Positions 1-9,552 of a stretch of 64,000 nucleotides of DNA are shown piece after piece (the stretch's first letter is position 1; every line of letters begins with the position of its first letter). Made by a program: the position numbers and the translations under genes. The notes under the pieces are model-generated. The model made no database searches, was not told where the DNA came from, and saw only the letters and a list, made by a program, of their open reading frames with translations. The stretch comes from a virus: IMG/VR virus record IMGVR_UViG_3300028393_000022; one strand, given 5' to 3'.

Positions 1-548
1 ATGCGTTGATGGATAGTGAGATTGATGAATTGCCAACAGATTATGTCCGCGGTTTGGATTTTAAGTTTGTTAAAACAAGCAAAGGTGGTTATGCTGACTA
101 CTCTACATCAACTTGGGCTCGTCGTGAACGTGCGTTGGGTGACGATGAGCAAGCAGCAATCAAGCAATACGGTCTTCATGATTTGAAGAGCTTCTTGCCT
201 AAGAAGCCAGGTGAAGTCGAGCTCAAGGTTATTAAAGAAATGTTCGAAGCATCAGTAGATGGTGAAGCATTTGATATGGATCGTTGGGGTCAATACTTCA
301 AGCCAGCAGGCTACGGTGGTCGTGATGGTGGTGAAGGTGGAACAGCTAAACCAGTAGCACCAGCAGCTCGTCCAGTACCGGTGTCTGCACCAGTTGCAGA
401 AGCAGCTCCTTGGGAAGATGATGTTGGCACAGCAGAGAAGTCATTCTCTGCCCCGGCAGCAGCACCAAAAGCTGAAAGCGCAGGCGGCGAAGCATCCAGT
501 CGAGCAGCGGACATTATTGCAATGATCCGTAATCGTCAAAGTACTTAA
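1..548 (+). CDS. Single-stranded DNA-binding protein, T4 gp32-like (C-terminal part; gene begins before the window)
   Basis: GLDFKFVKTSKGGYADYSTS motif typical of gp32-like SSBs; flexible Ala/Pro tail; directly upstream of UvsX. Confidence 0.8.
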   Translation, partial: ALMDSEIDELPTDYVRGLDFKFVKTSKGGYADYSTSTWARRERALGDDEQAAIKQYGLHDLKSFLPKKPGEVELKVIKEMFEASVDGEAFDMDRWGQYFKPAGYGGRDGGEGGTAKPVAPAARPVPVSAPVAEAAPWEDDVGTAEKSFSAPAAAPKAESAGGEASSRAADIIAMIRNRQST

Positions 549-562
549 TTAGGAGATAGACT

Positions 563-1627
563 ATGGCAAAGGCCTTCGATATTTCGAAGTTCCGCAAGTC
601 TATTACTAAAAGTATTGATGGCTTGGGAATCGGGTTTAACGACCCAACCGATTGGATTTCAACCGGTAATTATGCCCTAAACTATCTTATCTCAGGGGAC
701 TTCTTTAAGGGAGTTCCCCTGGGTAAAGTGACAGTTTTTGCGGGTGAATCAGGTGCAGGTAAATCATATATCTGCTCCGGAAACATTATCAAATCAGCAC
801 AAGAACAAGGTATCTTTGTCGTGCTAGTTGATAGTGAAAACGCTCTAGATGAGAAATGGCTTCTTGATCTAGGTGTTAATACAAGTGAAGAAAAACTTCT
901 GAAACTTAACATGGCTATGATTGACGACGTGGCAAAAACCATTAGTGAATTCATGAAAGAGTACAAAGTTATGCCGGACACTGATCGTCCTAAGGTATTG
1001 TTTGTAATTGACTCTTTGGGCATGTTGTTAACTCCAACTGACGTTAATCAGTTTGAAGCAGGTGAGATGAAAGGTGATATGGGCCGTAAGCCTAAAGCAC
1101 TTACAAGTCTTGTTCGCAACTGCGTAAACATGTTCGGTTCGTGGAACGTTGGTATGGTTTGTACAAATCACACTTACGCAAGTCAAGATATGTTTGATCC
1201 AGATGATAAAATTTCAGGTGGTCAGGGTTTCATTTATGCTAGCTCTATTGTAGTTGCTATGCGTAAGTTAAAATTGAAAACTGACGCAGATGGTAATAAG
1301 ACTACCACAGTGAACGGTATTCGTTCAGCTTGTAAGATTATGAAAACACGTTATGCAAAACCATTTGAGGCAGTACAAGTTGAGATTCCATATACAACTG
1401 GTATGAGCCCGCACAGTGGTTTGGTTGATTTGTTTGAAGCCAAAGGCATATTAAAGAAAGAAGGCAATAGCCTTGTTTATACAACTGCCGATGGTGAGAT
1501 TATCAAACAATTCCGCAAAGCATGGGAACGCAATGATAAAGAAGGATTGTCGATCATCATGGAAGAAATTTCCAAGAATGGTATAACGACTGAAGCAGTA
1601 GCAACTGAAAGTGTTGAGGAAGAATAA
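563..1627 (+). CDS. uvsX: RecA/UvsX recombinase
   Basis: Walker A GESGAGKS, VDSENALD, VIDSLG, SGGQGFIYASS; SD AGGAG upstream. Confidence 0.95.
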   Translation: MAKAFDISKFRKSITKSIDGLGIGFNDPTDWISTGNYALNYLISGDFFKGVPLGKVTVFAGESGAGKSYICSGNIIKSAQEQGIFVVLVDSENALDEKWLLDLGVNTSEEKLLKLNMAMIDDVAKTISEFMKEYKVMPDTDRPKVLFVIDSLGMLLTPTDVNQFEAGEMKGDMGRKPKALTSLVRNCVNMFGSWNVGMVCTNHTYASQDMFDPDDKISGGQGFIYASSIVVAMRKLKLKTDADGNKTTTVNGIRSACKIMKTRYAKPFEAVQVEIPYTTGMSPHSGLVDLFEAKGILKKEGNSLVYTTADGEIIKQFRKAWERNDKEGLSIIMEEISKNGITTEAVATESVEEE

Positions 1628-1628
1628 A

Positions 1629-1877
1629 ATGGAAGAACAATTAATTATTGAAGTATGGGATACATTTAGAGATTATATTCCAGAAAAAAGTCGTGAAATT
1701 GCAGCTAGTCAATTTGTAGACTTCTTAGTTAGCAAGGATGTAGAAGTTGCTACATTTGAAAGCCTAATGGGTTATGATCCTCATCTTGACTCTGCTATCC
1801 AAGTCACTTTGGACGAGTTCAATGAAGTTGATGAAGACGATTATGGCATCGACGGAGACAGTGACGAGGACTATTAA
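1629..1877 (+). CDS. Small acidic hypothetical protein
   Basis: ATG at 1629 just after the uvsX stop; stop overlaps the next start (TAATG). Confidence 0.7.
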   Translation: MEEQLIIEVWDTFRDYIPEKSREIAASQFVDFLVSKDVEVATFESLMGYDPHLDSAIQVTLDEFNEVDEDDYGIDGDSDEDY

Positions 1878-2332
1878 TGTCATGGTATTCCAAAGTAAGT
1901 AAAGACATTTCGCATCTTCCTGACTGTATAGATCACTTTTATAAAGAACTAGATTCTGCTCGATACGAAGTTAAAATTCACGGTAGCGTGGAGAAAGCTT
2001 CAAGTCAATTACCCGGTATTGTTGAGCAAAGATTTAACCAGCTTCAAGAAATTGAGGCTGTGTTGGAATATCTCAACATCGAACTTAGACGAACCAGAAG
2101 TAAGGCATTTAAGAAGTATCTAGAAAATTATCAAAGAGCATTGAGCAGTCGAGATGTTGAGAAATATGTTGATGGCGAAGCCGATGTAGTAGACATGGAA
2201 AAAATCATTAATGAATTTGCCATGCTCCGCAATCAATGGCTAGGCATTGTTAAGGCTTTGGATATAAAGCAGTGGCAATTAAGTAATATTATAAAACTTC
2301 GAACCGCTGGTTTAGAAGATGTGGTGATTTAA
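1877..2332 (+). CDS. uvsY: UvsY-like recombination mediator
   Basis: 151-aa helical protein with YVDGEADVV and KALDIKQWQLSNIIKLRTAG, resembling the UvsY C-terminus; uvsX-uvsY-uvsW synteny. Confidence 0.8.
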   Translation: MSWYSKVSKDISHLPDCIDHFYKELDSARYEVKIHGSVEKASSQLPGIVEQRFNQLQEIEAVLEYLNIELRRTRSKAFKKYLENYQRALSSRDVEKYVDGEADVVDMEKIINEFAMLRNQWLGIVKALDIKQWQLSNIIKLRTAGLEDVVI

Positions 2333-2336
2333 AAAC

Positions 2337-2359
2337 AAAAGGAGACTTGTTCTCCTTTT
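2337..2359. terminator. Intrinsic (bidirectional-type) terminator
   Basis: AAAAGGAGA-CTTGT-TCTCCTTTT inverted repeat after uvsY. Confidence 0.7.
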
Positions 2360-2381
2360 AGTTTGATGTTATACTAATACT

Positions 2382-3566
2382 ATGTATATTGAAGACCTAA
2401 TTACAGCACTAGTAATAAATTTTAGAGTGAGTATAAACCCGTTTGACTCAAACTTGGTTTATAGTTTTCACGAACAAATTTCTAGAGGCTCAGGTTTTAC
2501 AGAAAAACAGGCAACTGTGGCAGTAAAGATTTTAAAACGCCATGTGACCAAATTAAAGACATTGGGATTTAATGACGTAAATCAATATATTGAAAATCCC
2601 ACCTATAAACTGCCCATAAGGACCATTATGTCCCATAAACGTATGAGTATCATACCACACGATGTGTATGGACAAGTGATCAAAATGGAATTTCCATTCA
2701 ATGAGGCGTTGTTGGCAAGAATTAGAAATGAAAAAATGAGCCTTAACTACGCAAATTGGAACCCAGAAGAAAAATCATGGATTTTTTCACTGGATGAGCG
2801 GAGTTTGTCTTTTTTAACTAAAGTAGCCAACGAAGAAAATTTTCAGGTTGATGAAAAATTTGAAAATTATCAAAATCAAATCACAGAAATTGAAAGCAAC
2901 TTTGAGCAGTATGTGCCCATGCTTTCATATGATGGCAAAAATTTGAAATTTTCCAATATTTCACTAAAAATTCCTCAACCTGCTAATTCAAACATTTTAG
3001 AAAATTTGTTCGAGGCAAGAAAATTAGGAATTTTTACCTGGGATGAAAGCATACAAGAGACAGATGAGTGGAAAAATGCAGATTCCGTGACCAAGCAATT
3101 TCTACAAGTTTCACCCGATGAAGAATTTTCCATAAATTTAGAAAATACCACTATTTTTTCTCTCAAAGAGATTGTACAATATATGTCTCCTGTACTTTTT
3201 ATAATCCCAGGAGGTACTGAGATTGAAAAATTAGAGATGTGCTATGAATTTTTAAAAACGTTGAATATCGATAACGAAGAAATTAGTGTATTGTTTAGAC
3301 TACCCAAAGACACTGGTGAAAAATTCAATAATTTTGTCAAAGAACAAAAATTAAATTCTCCTATCAGCGAAAAAACCAAAGCAGTGTTTATCAGCAATAA
3401 GGTTCCTAAACCTGTTATTGATTCTAATGTTCATTTTAATGCCATTGTAAGTTTTAACTTTTTTAACATACATTATTCCATCAAAAATTTACTAAAATGG
3501 CACCCAAACGTGATTCAAATGACTGAGAAAAAACAACAAAGGACACTTAACTTTGTCAACATGTAA
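2382..3566 (+). CDS. Hypothetical protein with HARP-like segment, helicase-associated
   Basis: 394 aa; FPFNEALLARIR...WNPEEKSWIF resembles the HARP domain; overlaps the UvsW start. Confidence 0.55.
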   Translation: MYIEDLITALVINFRVSINPFDSNLVYSFHEQISRGSGFTEKQATVAVKILKRHVTKLKTLGFNDVNQYIENPTYKLPIRTIMSHKRMSIIPHDVYGQVIKMEFPFNEALLARIRNEKMSLNYANWNPEEKSWIFSLDERSLSFLTKVANEENFQVDEKFENYQNQITEIESNFEQYVPMLSYDGKNLKFSNISLKIPQPANSNILENLFEARKLGIFTWDESIQETDEWKNADSVTKQFLQVSPDEEFSINLENTTIFSLKEIVQYMSPVLFIIPGGTEIEKLEMCYEFLKTLNIDNEEISVLFRLPKDTGEKFNNFVKEQKLNSPISEKTKAVFISNKVPKPVIDSNVHFNAIVSFNFFNIHYSIKNLLKWHPNVIQMTEKKQQRTLNFVNM

Positions 3567-5013
3567 AATAATTATAAAAGACGAGGTCAATGTTAAGATA
3601 GAAAATCTCGACCTTGATACACGCAAGGCTTTGGTCAAAAAATTCAAGTACGAAGACCCTACTGCACGTTATAGACCCAGCTATAAATTGGGTCGGTGGG
3701 ACGGTGCTGTGAGTTTCTTCGGACTTGGTGGAACTACCTATCTTTCAATGTTGCCGCTGGTACTAGAGTATCTCGAAAACAAAAATTACTACATTGAGGT
3801 TGATGATTTACGCAATCCCATAGCCTTAGATTTTCCTCAAATTTCTGAGGATTTTTGGGGTGATAAAACATGGCCGGTAGGGCATCGTTTTGCCGGCGAA
3901 AAGATTAGGCTACGTGATGACCAAGTCGATGTAGTTAATATCTTTTTACAAAATCCACAGAGTATTCAAGAGATTGCCACAGGTTTTGGCAAGACGATTA
4001 CCACCGCTACACTGGCAAAAATATGTGAAAAATATGGTCGAACAGTGACCATTGTTCCTAACAAAAGTTTAGTTGAACAGACTGAAGAAGACTTTATCAA
4101 CTGTGGTTTAGACGTTGGTGTTTATTATGGTGATAGAAAAAATCTAGACAAAACACATACTATTTGCACTTGGCAAAGTTTGAATATTTTAGACAAAAAA
4201 TCCAAAAATATTGACGAAAATGAATTGCTGACATTGGCAGAATTACTCGACGGTGTTAATTGTGTCATGGTAGATGAGGTGCATATGGCCAAGGCTGAAG
4301 TACTGAAAAATCTATTGACACGCAATCTTGCCAATGCACCAATTCGGTGGGGACTAACTGGTACTGTGCCCAAGGAAGACTTTGAGTTTCAAAGCCTAAA
4401 AGCTAGCCTAGGTGAAGTTGTTAATAGAGTACAGGCTCACACATTACAAGAAGCTGGTATCCTCAGTACATGTCATGTCAATGTTGTTCAGACAGCCGAG
4501 TGGAAAGAGTTTGGTAGTTATCCAGAAGAATTAAAATTTTTAGTCACCGACGAAGACAGGATGAAATTCATATCAGAATTAATTAAAGATATTGGCAATA
4601 CAGGCAACACATTGGTGTTGGTAGATAGAATTGAATGTGGGGAATTTATTGTTAATCAAATTCCAGACAGCGTATTCATCTCAGGTAGAATCAAAACAAA
4701 AGATAGAAAAGAGGAATATGATGAAGTTAAGACTGCTACTAACAAGATTATTGTGGCGACTTACGGTGTGGCCGCTGTGGGTATTAATATCCCCCGTATT
4801 TTTAATCTGGTTATGCTGGAATCCGGAAAGAGCTTTACACGGGTTATACAAAGCATTGGGCGAGGCATTCGAAAAGCAGACGACAAAGACTTCGTCCAGA
4901 TCTGGGATATTACTGCATCAACGAAATATGCGAAGAGACACCTTACAGCACGGAAAAAGTTTTATAAAGACGCTAAGTACCCGTTCGAAATACAAAAAGT
5001 GAAATACAAATAA
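3553..5013 (+). CDS. uvsW: UvsW-like SF2 DNA helicase
   Basis: ATGFGKT, DEVH, GLTGT and QSIGRGIR motifs. Confidence 0.92.
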   Translation: MSTCKIIIKDEVNVKIENLDLDTRKALVKKFKYEDPTARYRPSYKLGRWDGAVSFFGLGGTTYLSMLPLVLEYLENKNYYIEVDDLRNPIALDFPQISEDFWGDKTWPVGHRFAGEKIRLRDDQVDVVNIFLQNPQSIQEIATGFGKTITTATLAKICEKYGRTVTIVPNKSLVEQTEEDFINCGLDVGVYYGDRKNLDKTHTICTWQSLNILDKKSKNIDENELLTLAELLDGVNCVMVDEVHMAKAEVLKNLLTRNLANAPIRWGLTGTVPKEDFEFQSLKASLGEVVNRVQAHTLQEAGILSTCHVNVVQTAEWKEFGSYPEELKFLVTDEDRMKFISELIKDIGNTGNTLVLVDRIECGEFIVNQIPDSVFISGRIKTKDRKEEYDEVKTATNKIIVATYGVAAVGINIPRIFNLVMLESGKSFTRVIQSIGRGIRKADDKDFVQIWDITASTKYAKRHLTARKKFYKDAKYPFEIQKVKYK

Positions 5014-5516
5014 TGCAAATTTTAACCCTCGAAAACAAAACGTTTTTTCTCAATGATCTACCCGAAGAGGTAGATGATGACTTGAGATTCAGCGTACTAG
5101 ACAACAGTGATAATCAAAATCCTGACTACTTTTTTATTCCTTTAATCTTTTTAGAAAGTTTTACAGGCCCAGCAGCAGTGCTAAAAGTTGGACCATATGA
5201 GCTCACCATGCCCTTAGATTGGTGCACCATTGTCGGAGATCCAGAAGGACCGGATATGGAAGTATTGCCACTTACCAGTTTAAATGATCGTGGATTTAAA
5301 ACATTCTGTTTTAACCCTGTAAGTGGTTTCAGACCAGAATTTCATGAGATAGATATCATCGATATATACCAAGATGTCAAATGGTATTTTCCAAAGATGA
5401 AACCCGGACAGCTACTATGTACTCCATTAGCTCCCGGAGAAAAACCGATGTGTGCATACTTTGTTAAAGAAGTTAGTCGCCAAAGTGAGATTGTTGATTA
5501 TACGAGGTGCTGGTAA
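5013..5516 (+). CDS. Hypothetical protein, possible degenerate Hint-like fold
   Basis: 167 aa, coupled to uvsW (TAATG); beta-rich pattern resembling Hint blocks. Confidence 0.55.
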   Translation: MQILTLENKTFFLNDLPEEVDDDLRFSVLDNSDNQNPDYFFIPLIFLESFTGPAAVLKVGPYELTMPLDWCTIVGDPEGPDMEVLPLTSLNDRGFKTFCFNPVSGFRPEFHEIDIIDIYQDVKWYFPKMKPGQLLCTPLAPGEKPMCAYFVKEVSRQSEIVDYTRCW

Positions 5517-5517
5517 T

Positions 5518-5814
5518 ATGGGAAATTTAACTCCAGGTGTGAGCCTTGTATACGAACGCAACGGCGAAGAAATATACGCCCGTGAGTCCGGGGCACCAGC
5601 TCAATCTAGAAAATTAGTCGGCTACCAATATGAAAATAAAGTAGATCCAAGAACTCCGGACGGAAGACCCCTATTCGAACATATGCAAGAAGATAAACTT
5701 TGGGGAGAAATCCGAAGAGCTGGCCGGACAAATCCTACCTTGCAAAAAGCCTTAGAACAGTGTATAATAATATATCAGCTTAGTAAGGACAAAAATGGCA
5801 ACAGCAAAACCTAA
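5518..5814 (+). CDS. Hypothetical protein
   Basis: ATG at 5518 with GAGGTG upstream; fills the gap in the operon. Confidence 0.6.
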   Translation: MGNLTPGVSLVYERNGEEIYARESGAPAQSRKLVGYQYENKVDPRTPDGRPLFEHMQEDKLWGEIRRAGRTNPTLQKALEQCIIIYQLSKDKNGNSKT

Positions 5815-6283
5815 AAAGAAAAAGGAAAGAGCTCTTGATTTGGCTCGTGTACTTGCGGCAGTTGATGTTAAAAATTATAAATTTTATGACGGTCTCAACG
5901 ACGCTGAATTGAAAGAATTTAGTCCCTATGTATTGATGAGATTCATCAGCAATGTCGATACTAGGGACAGAGATATCCAAGAATGGTTTGTTGAAATGAC
6001 CAATGAGCTGGTCAATAAAAACCACTGGGACCTAAGTAAGAATCACGAAAAACTTCTTTGGTTATTGTACTCCGCAGTTGGTGCAGGCGTTAAAAGTTTC
6101 CACCCATATTTGCCAGCACTGAAAAAAGAACTAAACAAAATTGAAAAGCTGTTGGCAGAATTACACCCAACATATAAGTTAGAAGATGTTAAATTGTTAG
6201 CCAGTTTAATGACAGATAAAGAAAAACAAGAGCTGTTTGACAACATGGGTTTTGATAAAAAAGAACGGAAAGAATACGAATGA
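5795..6283 (+). CDS. Clamp loader small subunit, T4 gp62-like
   Basis: FSPYVLMRFIS...NELVN...LLWLL pattern of gp62-like proteins; TTGCAA-N17-TATAAT at 5740-5768 upstream. Confidence 0.7.
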   Translation: MATAKPKKKKERALDLARVLAAVDVKNYKFYDGLNDAELKEFSPYVLMRFISNVDTRDRDIQEWFVEMTNELVNKNHWDLSKNHEKLLWLLYSAVGAGVKSFHPYLPALKKELNKIEKLLAELHPTYKLEDVKLLASLMTDKEKQELFDNMGFDKKERKEYE

Positions 6284-6567
6284 AGTTTAAAAAAAAGCCA
6301 GTGGTAATTGAGGCAATTCAATTCGAATACTCTTCCATTGGGATTGAAAACTTAAAAGCGTTTTGTGGCAGCACTATTGGCAACATTAGTAAAGCCCGCC
6401 ATCCTACCGCCAAAGGGGAAGCAGAAATTGGCACATTAGAAGATGGCATCAACCTAACTGTGCAACACATCGCTACAGAAGGTGATTGGATCATTAAGGG
6501 TATACAAGGCGAATTTTATGCCTGCAAGCCAGATATTTTTGAAGCAACTTACGAACCTGCAGAATGA
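6280..6567 (+). CDS. Conserved phage protein (KKPVVIEA / GEFYACKPDIF type)
   Basis: KKKPVVIEAIQF, TLED, GDWIIKGIQGEFYACKPDIFEATYE are hallmark motifs of a widespread phage family. Confidence 0.8.
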   Translation: MKFKKKPVVIEAIQFEYSSIGIENLKAFCGSTIGNISKARHPTAKGEAEIGTLEDGINLTVQHIATEGDWIIKGIQGEFYACKPDIFEATYEPAE

Positions 6568-7259
6568 TTGCATTAGCGGATCAACCTTATAGCTGTGTGC
6601 ATTGCAACAAGGCCTTTATGAAAGAGAAGACCTTGGTTGCTCATATGTGTGAAAATAAAAGGCGTGCTCTGCAAAAAGATGAGAAGCGTGTTCAGGCCGG
6701 CTACATGGCCTATAACCGTTTCTATCAGCTGACTCAGAATAATAAAATCCCCAAGACCTATGAACACTTTTGCAACAGTGCATACTACAATGCCTTTGTA
6801 AAATTTGGTAGTTTTGTCAATAATGTTAATCCCTTGTATCCAGATAGGTTTATTGACTTTGTTATCAAGAGCGGTGTTAAATTAGATCACTGGTGCAGAG
6901 ATGCACTATATGATCAATACCTTTTTGAGATAGTTAAAGTTGAACCAGTTGAGTCCGCAGTACAAAGAACCCTGCAGACAATGATGGAATGGGGTGATGA
7001 GCACAGTGCAAATTTTGCACATTACTTTGACTATGTGAGCCTTAATAAAGCAGTGCATGATATCCTAAATGGTCGAGTTAGTTGTTGGGTTATTTTAAAT
7101 TCTAATGCTGGCAAAGCTATGGTAGGTAAGATGAATGACGAACAGTTGTCAATGATTGCACCTGCCTTTGAAATCAAATATTGGCAAAAGAAGTTTAGAG
7201 AATTCCCTGCAGATGTTGCACTCGTTAAAGAAATACTTAACGAAGTAGGCATTAAATGA
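6564..7259 (+). CDS. Zinc-finger-containing hypothetical protein
   Basis: N-terminal CxxC-x12-H-x-C (CVHC...HMC), C2H2/C2HC-like. Confidence 0.65.
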   Translation: MIALADQPYSCVHCNKAFMKEKTLVAHMCENKRRALQKDEKRVQAGYMAYNRFYQLTQNNKIPKTYEHFCNSAYYNAFVKFGSFVNNVNPLYPDRFIDFVIKSGVKLDHWCRDALYDQYLFEIVKVEPVESAVQRTLQTMMEWGDEHSANFAHYFDYVSLNKAVHDILNGRVSCWVILNSNAGKAMVGKMNDEQLSMIAPAFEIKYWQKKFREFPADVALVKEILNEVGIK

Positions 7260-7504
7260 CCGAAATTAAATTTAAAGAACTTTTTTCTGAAAAATATACA
7301 GAAATGAGTGCGTGGTGCAAGGAAGAGTTTGGACATCCTGCACTATGGGAGACGCAACTTAATAATCCTCGTAGTCCCGCCAAATGGATTTGCCGTGGTG
7401 ACTATCCTAAAGAACTATATGGTCCGCTGACGGAACCTGGGTCTGCCGTGTTTAAGTTTAGAGAAGGCAAAGATGCAACAATGTTTGCATTGAAATGGTC
7501 ATGA
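7256..7504 (+). CDS. Small protein, DAxMFxLxW family
   Basis: AWCKEEFG...FKFREGKDATMFALKWS. Confidence 0.7.
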   Translation: MTEIKFKELFSEKYTEMSAWCKEEFGHPALWETQLNNPRSPAKWICRGDYPKELYGPLTEPGSAVFKFREGKDATMFALKWS

Positions 7505-7878
7505 GCAAATTTGAAATTAAAAAATTACTATTCTGGCCGCGAGGAGCATATGTAGTATGCGGACTCAACCTTAAAGAAAAACTATGGTGGTATTTTATGC
7601 CTGGACTTGTTATCAATGTAAAGTGGCCAAAAGGTCAAGTTAAGGTAGGACCTAGCCATAGAGATGGCTGGTCAGGATACGGCCCAGAGTTTGAATATGT
7701 TGATAGTGCTGATCCTAATGATCATTACAGACCTTGGATGGAAGAACACGTCGGACGACAAGGCTGGGATTGGGACTGGGGCATGGGCGATACTGATGCA
7801 AGTGAAAATCGTCTAACCATAAAGATTAGACGGAAGTATTCTAAGTATGCTACACTAGCAGCAATAAGGTGGTCATGA
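7501..7878 (+). CDS. Small protein, divergent member of the ...xxRWS family
   Basis: PWMEEHVG...ATLAAIRWS; ATGA coupling at both ends. Confidence 0.65.
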   Translation: MSKFEIKKLLFWPRGAYVVCGLNLKEKLWWYFMPGLVINVKWPKGQVKVGPSHRDGWSGYGPEFEYVDSADPNDHYRPWMEEHVGRQGWDWDWGMGDTDASENRLTIKIRRKYSKYATLAAIRWS

Positions 7879-8087
7879 TTGATTACACAGACTATATGAT
7901 ACTGCCCTGTGGCGGTGTTGCCTATTATGATGAACCCAACCACGGTATGAATTATTTCTGTGCCCAGTGTGATCGCAGAGTATGTGACATGTCTGAAGCA
8001 TGTAAGCGTGAAGAAGATAAATGGTATCTTATAGAAATGCTAGGTGGAAAAGGATGGGATTATTTTGCAGAGCCCGATGAATTTTAG
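7875..8087 (+). CDS. Small Cys-containing hypothetical protein
   Basis: PCGG, CAQC; ATGA-coupled start. Confidence 0.6.
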   Translation: MIDYTDYMILPCGGVAYYDEPNHGMNYFCAQCDRRVCDMSEACKREEDKWYLIEMLGGKGWDYFAEPDEF

Positions 8088-8430
8088 TCCAGAGTGTATA
8101 GCCAGTATGAAAAAATGGGTAAATGAACAGCAGAGTATCTTAGAAAAAGAAATGATAGAAGCTAAGGCTAAAGAAATGCAACGAGAAATCGACTCGGAAG
8201 TTATCAATAGTATTCTATTAGAATCATTAATACACGAAGGATGGACACCGGCTAAAGTCAATCCTGCATTTACAGATATGGGAATGTTGTCTGGCAGATT
8301 TGAAGAATGGTATAGCCAAACAGCAGAATGGTGTCACCGTTATGCCCAAGGTGATTACAAATTGATCAAAGGACAGTGGTTGTTTAAAGATCCTCGAGAT
8401 GCTACAATGTTTATATTGAGGTGGTCATGA
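8077..8430 (+). CDS. Small protein, DAxMFxLxW family
   Basis: EWCHRYAQG...WLFKDPRDATMFILRWS. Confidence 0.7.
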   Translation: MNFSPECIASMKKWVNEQQSILEKEMIEAKAKEMQREIDSEVINSILLESLIHEGWTPAKVNPAFTDMGMLSGRFEEWYSQTAEWCHRYAQGDYKLIKGQWLFKDPRDATMFILRWS

Positions 8431-8651
8431 TTAAAAGAAAAAGCAAACACGAATGGCAAGTGGCTATTCCTAGAGAAAAATATACCAACGATGATATAAG
8501 AGACATCCAGGCTTGGTGCGTTCTAAAATTTGGTGATGCAGGAAAGAAAAGAGATTACCGCTGGCGCTTTGGATGGATTGAAAACAATGATATATTCTAC
8601 TTCCGTGAGCAGGCAGATGCGGCTATGTTCCTATTAGTCTGGGCCAAATGA
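8427..8651 (+). CDS. Small protein, DAxMFxLxW family
   Basis: AWCVLKFG...FYFREQADAAMFLLVWAK. Confidence 0.7.
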   Translation: MIKRKSKHEWQVAIPREKYTNDDIRDIQAWCVLKFGDAGKKRDYRWRFGWIENNDIFYFREQADAAMFLLVWAK

Positions 8652-8663
8652 GACACATTAAGT

Positions 8664-9023
8664 ATGGAAAATGTAAAAAGTTTTTGTGAGCAACATCAAA
8701 TCCGAGTGCTTGATACAAATAAACGAGCACATCGTTATCGTAGAATCAATATGTCCTACTTTAGGGATCCTACGGATTTTATTGTAAATGACACCGAACC
8801 ATTATATACTGTAGAGATTGCAGAAAGTGAATTAGAAAAAATTGCGGATTTTGAATCAGAAGTTTTTAATAATATGAGGAAGCAAGGACATTACAGAATG
8901 TTTGAAACACTAATGGAACAAAAAGAACGTGAGAAATATTTGAGAGATAAGTATCCAGCTGTAAATAATGCATATAAACAATACAGCCTAATGTTGAAAT
9001 TGGCTGAAAGTGGAGAATTATGA
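8664..9023 (+). CDS. Hypothetical protein
   Basis: 119-aa ORF in the operon. Confidence 0.6.
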   Translation: MENVKSFCEQHQIRVLDTNKRAHRYRRINMSYFRDPTDFIVNDTEPLYTVEIAESELEKIADFESEVFNNMRKQGHYRMFETLMEQKEREKYLRDKYPAVNNAYKQYSLMLKLAESGEL

Positions 9024-9199
9024 AATTACCTAAAGTTGGAAGTAAATGGCGGTCTGGAAATTTTAAACATTTTTATGTTAAAGCAGTAGTAGAACTAGAA
9101 GGGCATACATGGGTCTATTATGGAGAGTATGGAACTGATCGAGAATATAGTTGTTATCTAGAAAGTTTTCTAGAAAGATTTAGTGAGGAACTAGTATGA
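9020..9199 (+). CDS. Small hypothetical protein (59 aa, not in ORF track)
   Basis: MKLPKVGSKW...YSCYLESFLERFSEELV; SD GGAG; ATGA-coupled at both ends. Confidence 0.7.
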   Translation: MKLPKVGSKWRSGNFKHFYVKAVVELEGHTWVYYGEYGTDREYSCYLESFLERFSEELV

Positions 9200-9552
9200 G
9201 ATTAGATGGATTTGTAGAAAAAGGTTGGGGTAGCGAATTCATATTTGCAACTAATGACAAGTACTGCGGAAAACTTTTAAAGTTCAATACTGGTGCAAAA
9301 TTTAGTATGCACTTCCATAGTGTAAAGGATGAATCATGGTATGTTCTTGATGGCAAGTTTAAAGTTATCGTAATCAATACTGCTAATGCCAGTCAAACGG
9401 AATATGAATTAGTCGGAGGAATGACTTGGCATAATCCTCCATTATTACCTCATCAAGTTATCTGTATTGAAGAAGGTACTATTATTGAAGTTAGCACACC
9501 TGATAGCGTTGAGGACAACTACAGAGTAGCCAAAGGCGATAGCCAAAAATGA
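9196..9552 (+). CDS. Cupin-fold sugar isomerase-like protein
   Basis: SMHFHSVKDESWYV...PH cupin metal motif; GWGSE; adjacent to heptose genes. Confidence 0.8.
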   Translation: MRLDGFVEKGWGSEFIFATNDKYCGKLLKFNTGAKFSMHFHSVKDESWYVLDGKFKVIVINTANASQTEYELVGGMTWHNPPLLPHQVICIEEGTIIEVSTPDSVEDNYRVAKGDSQK

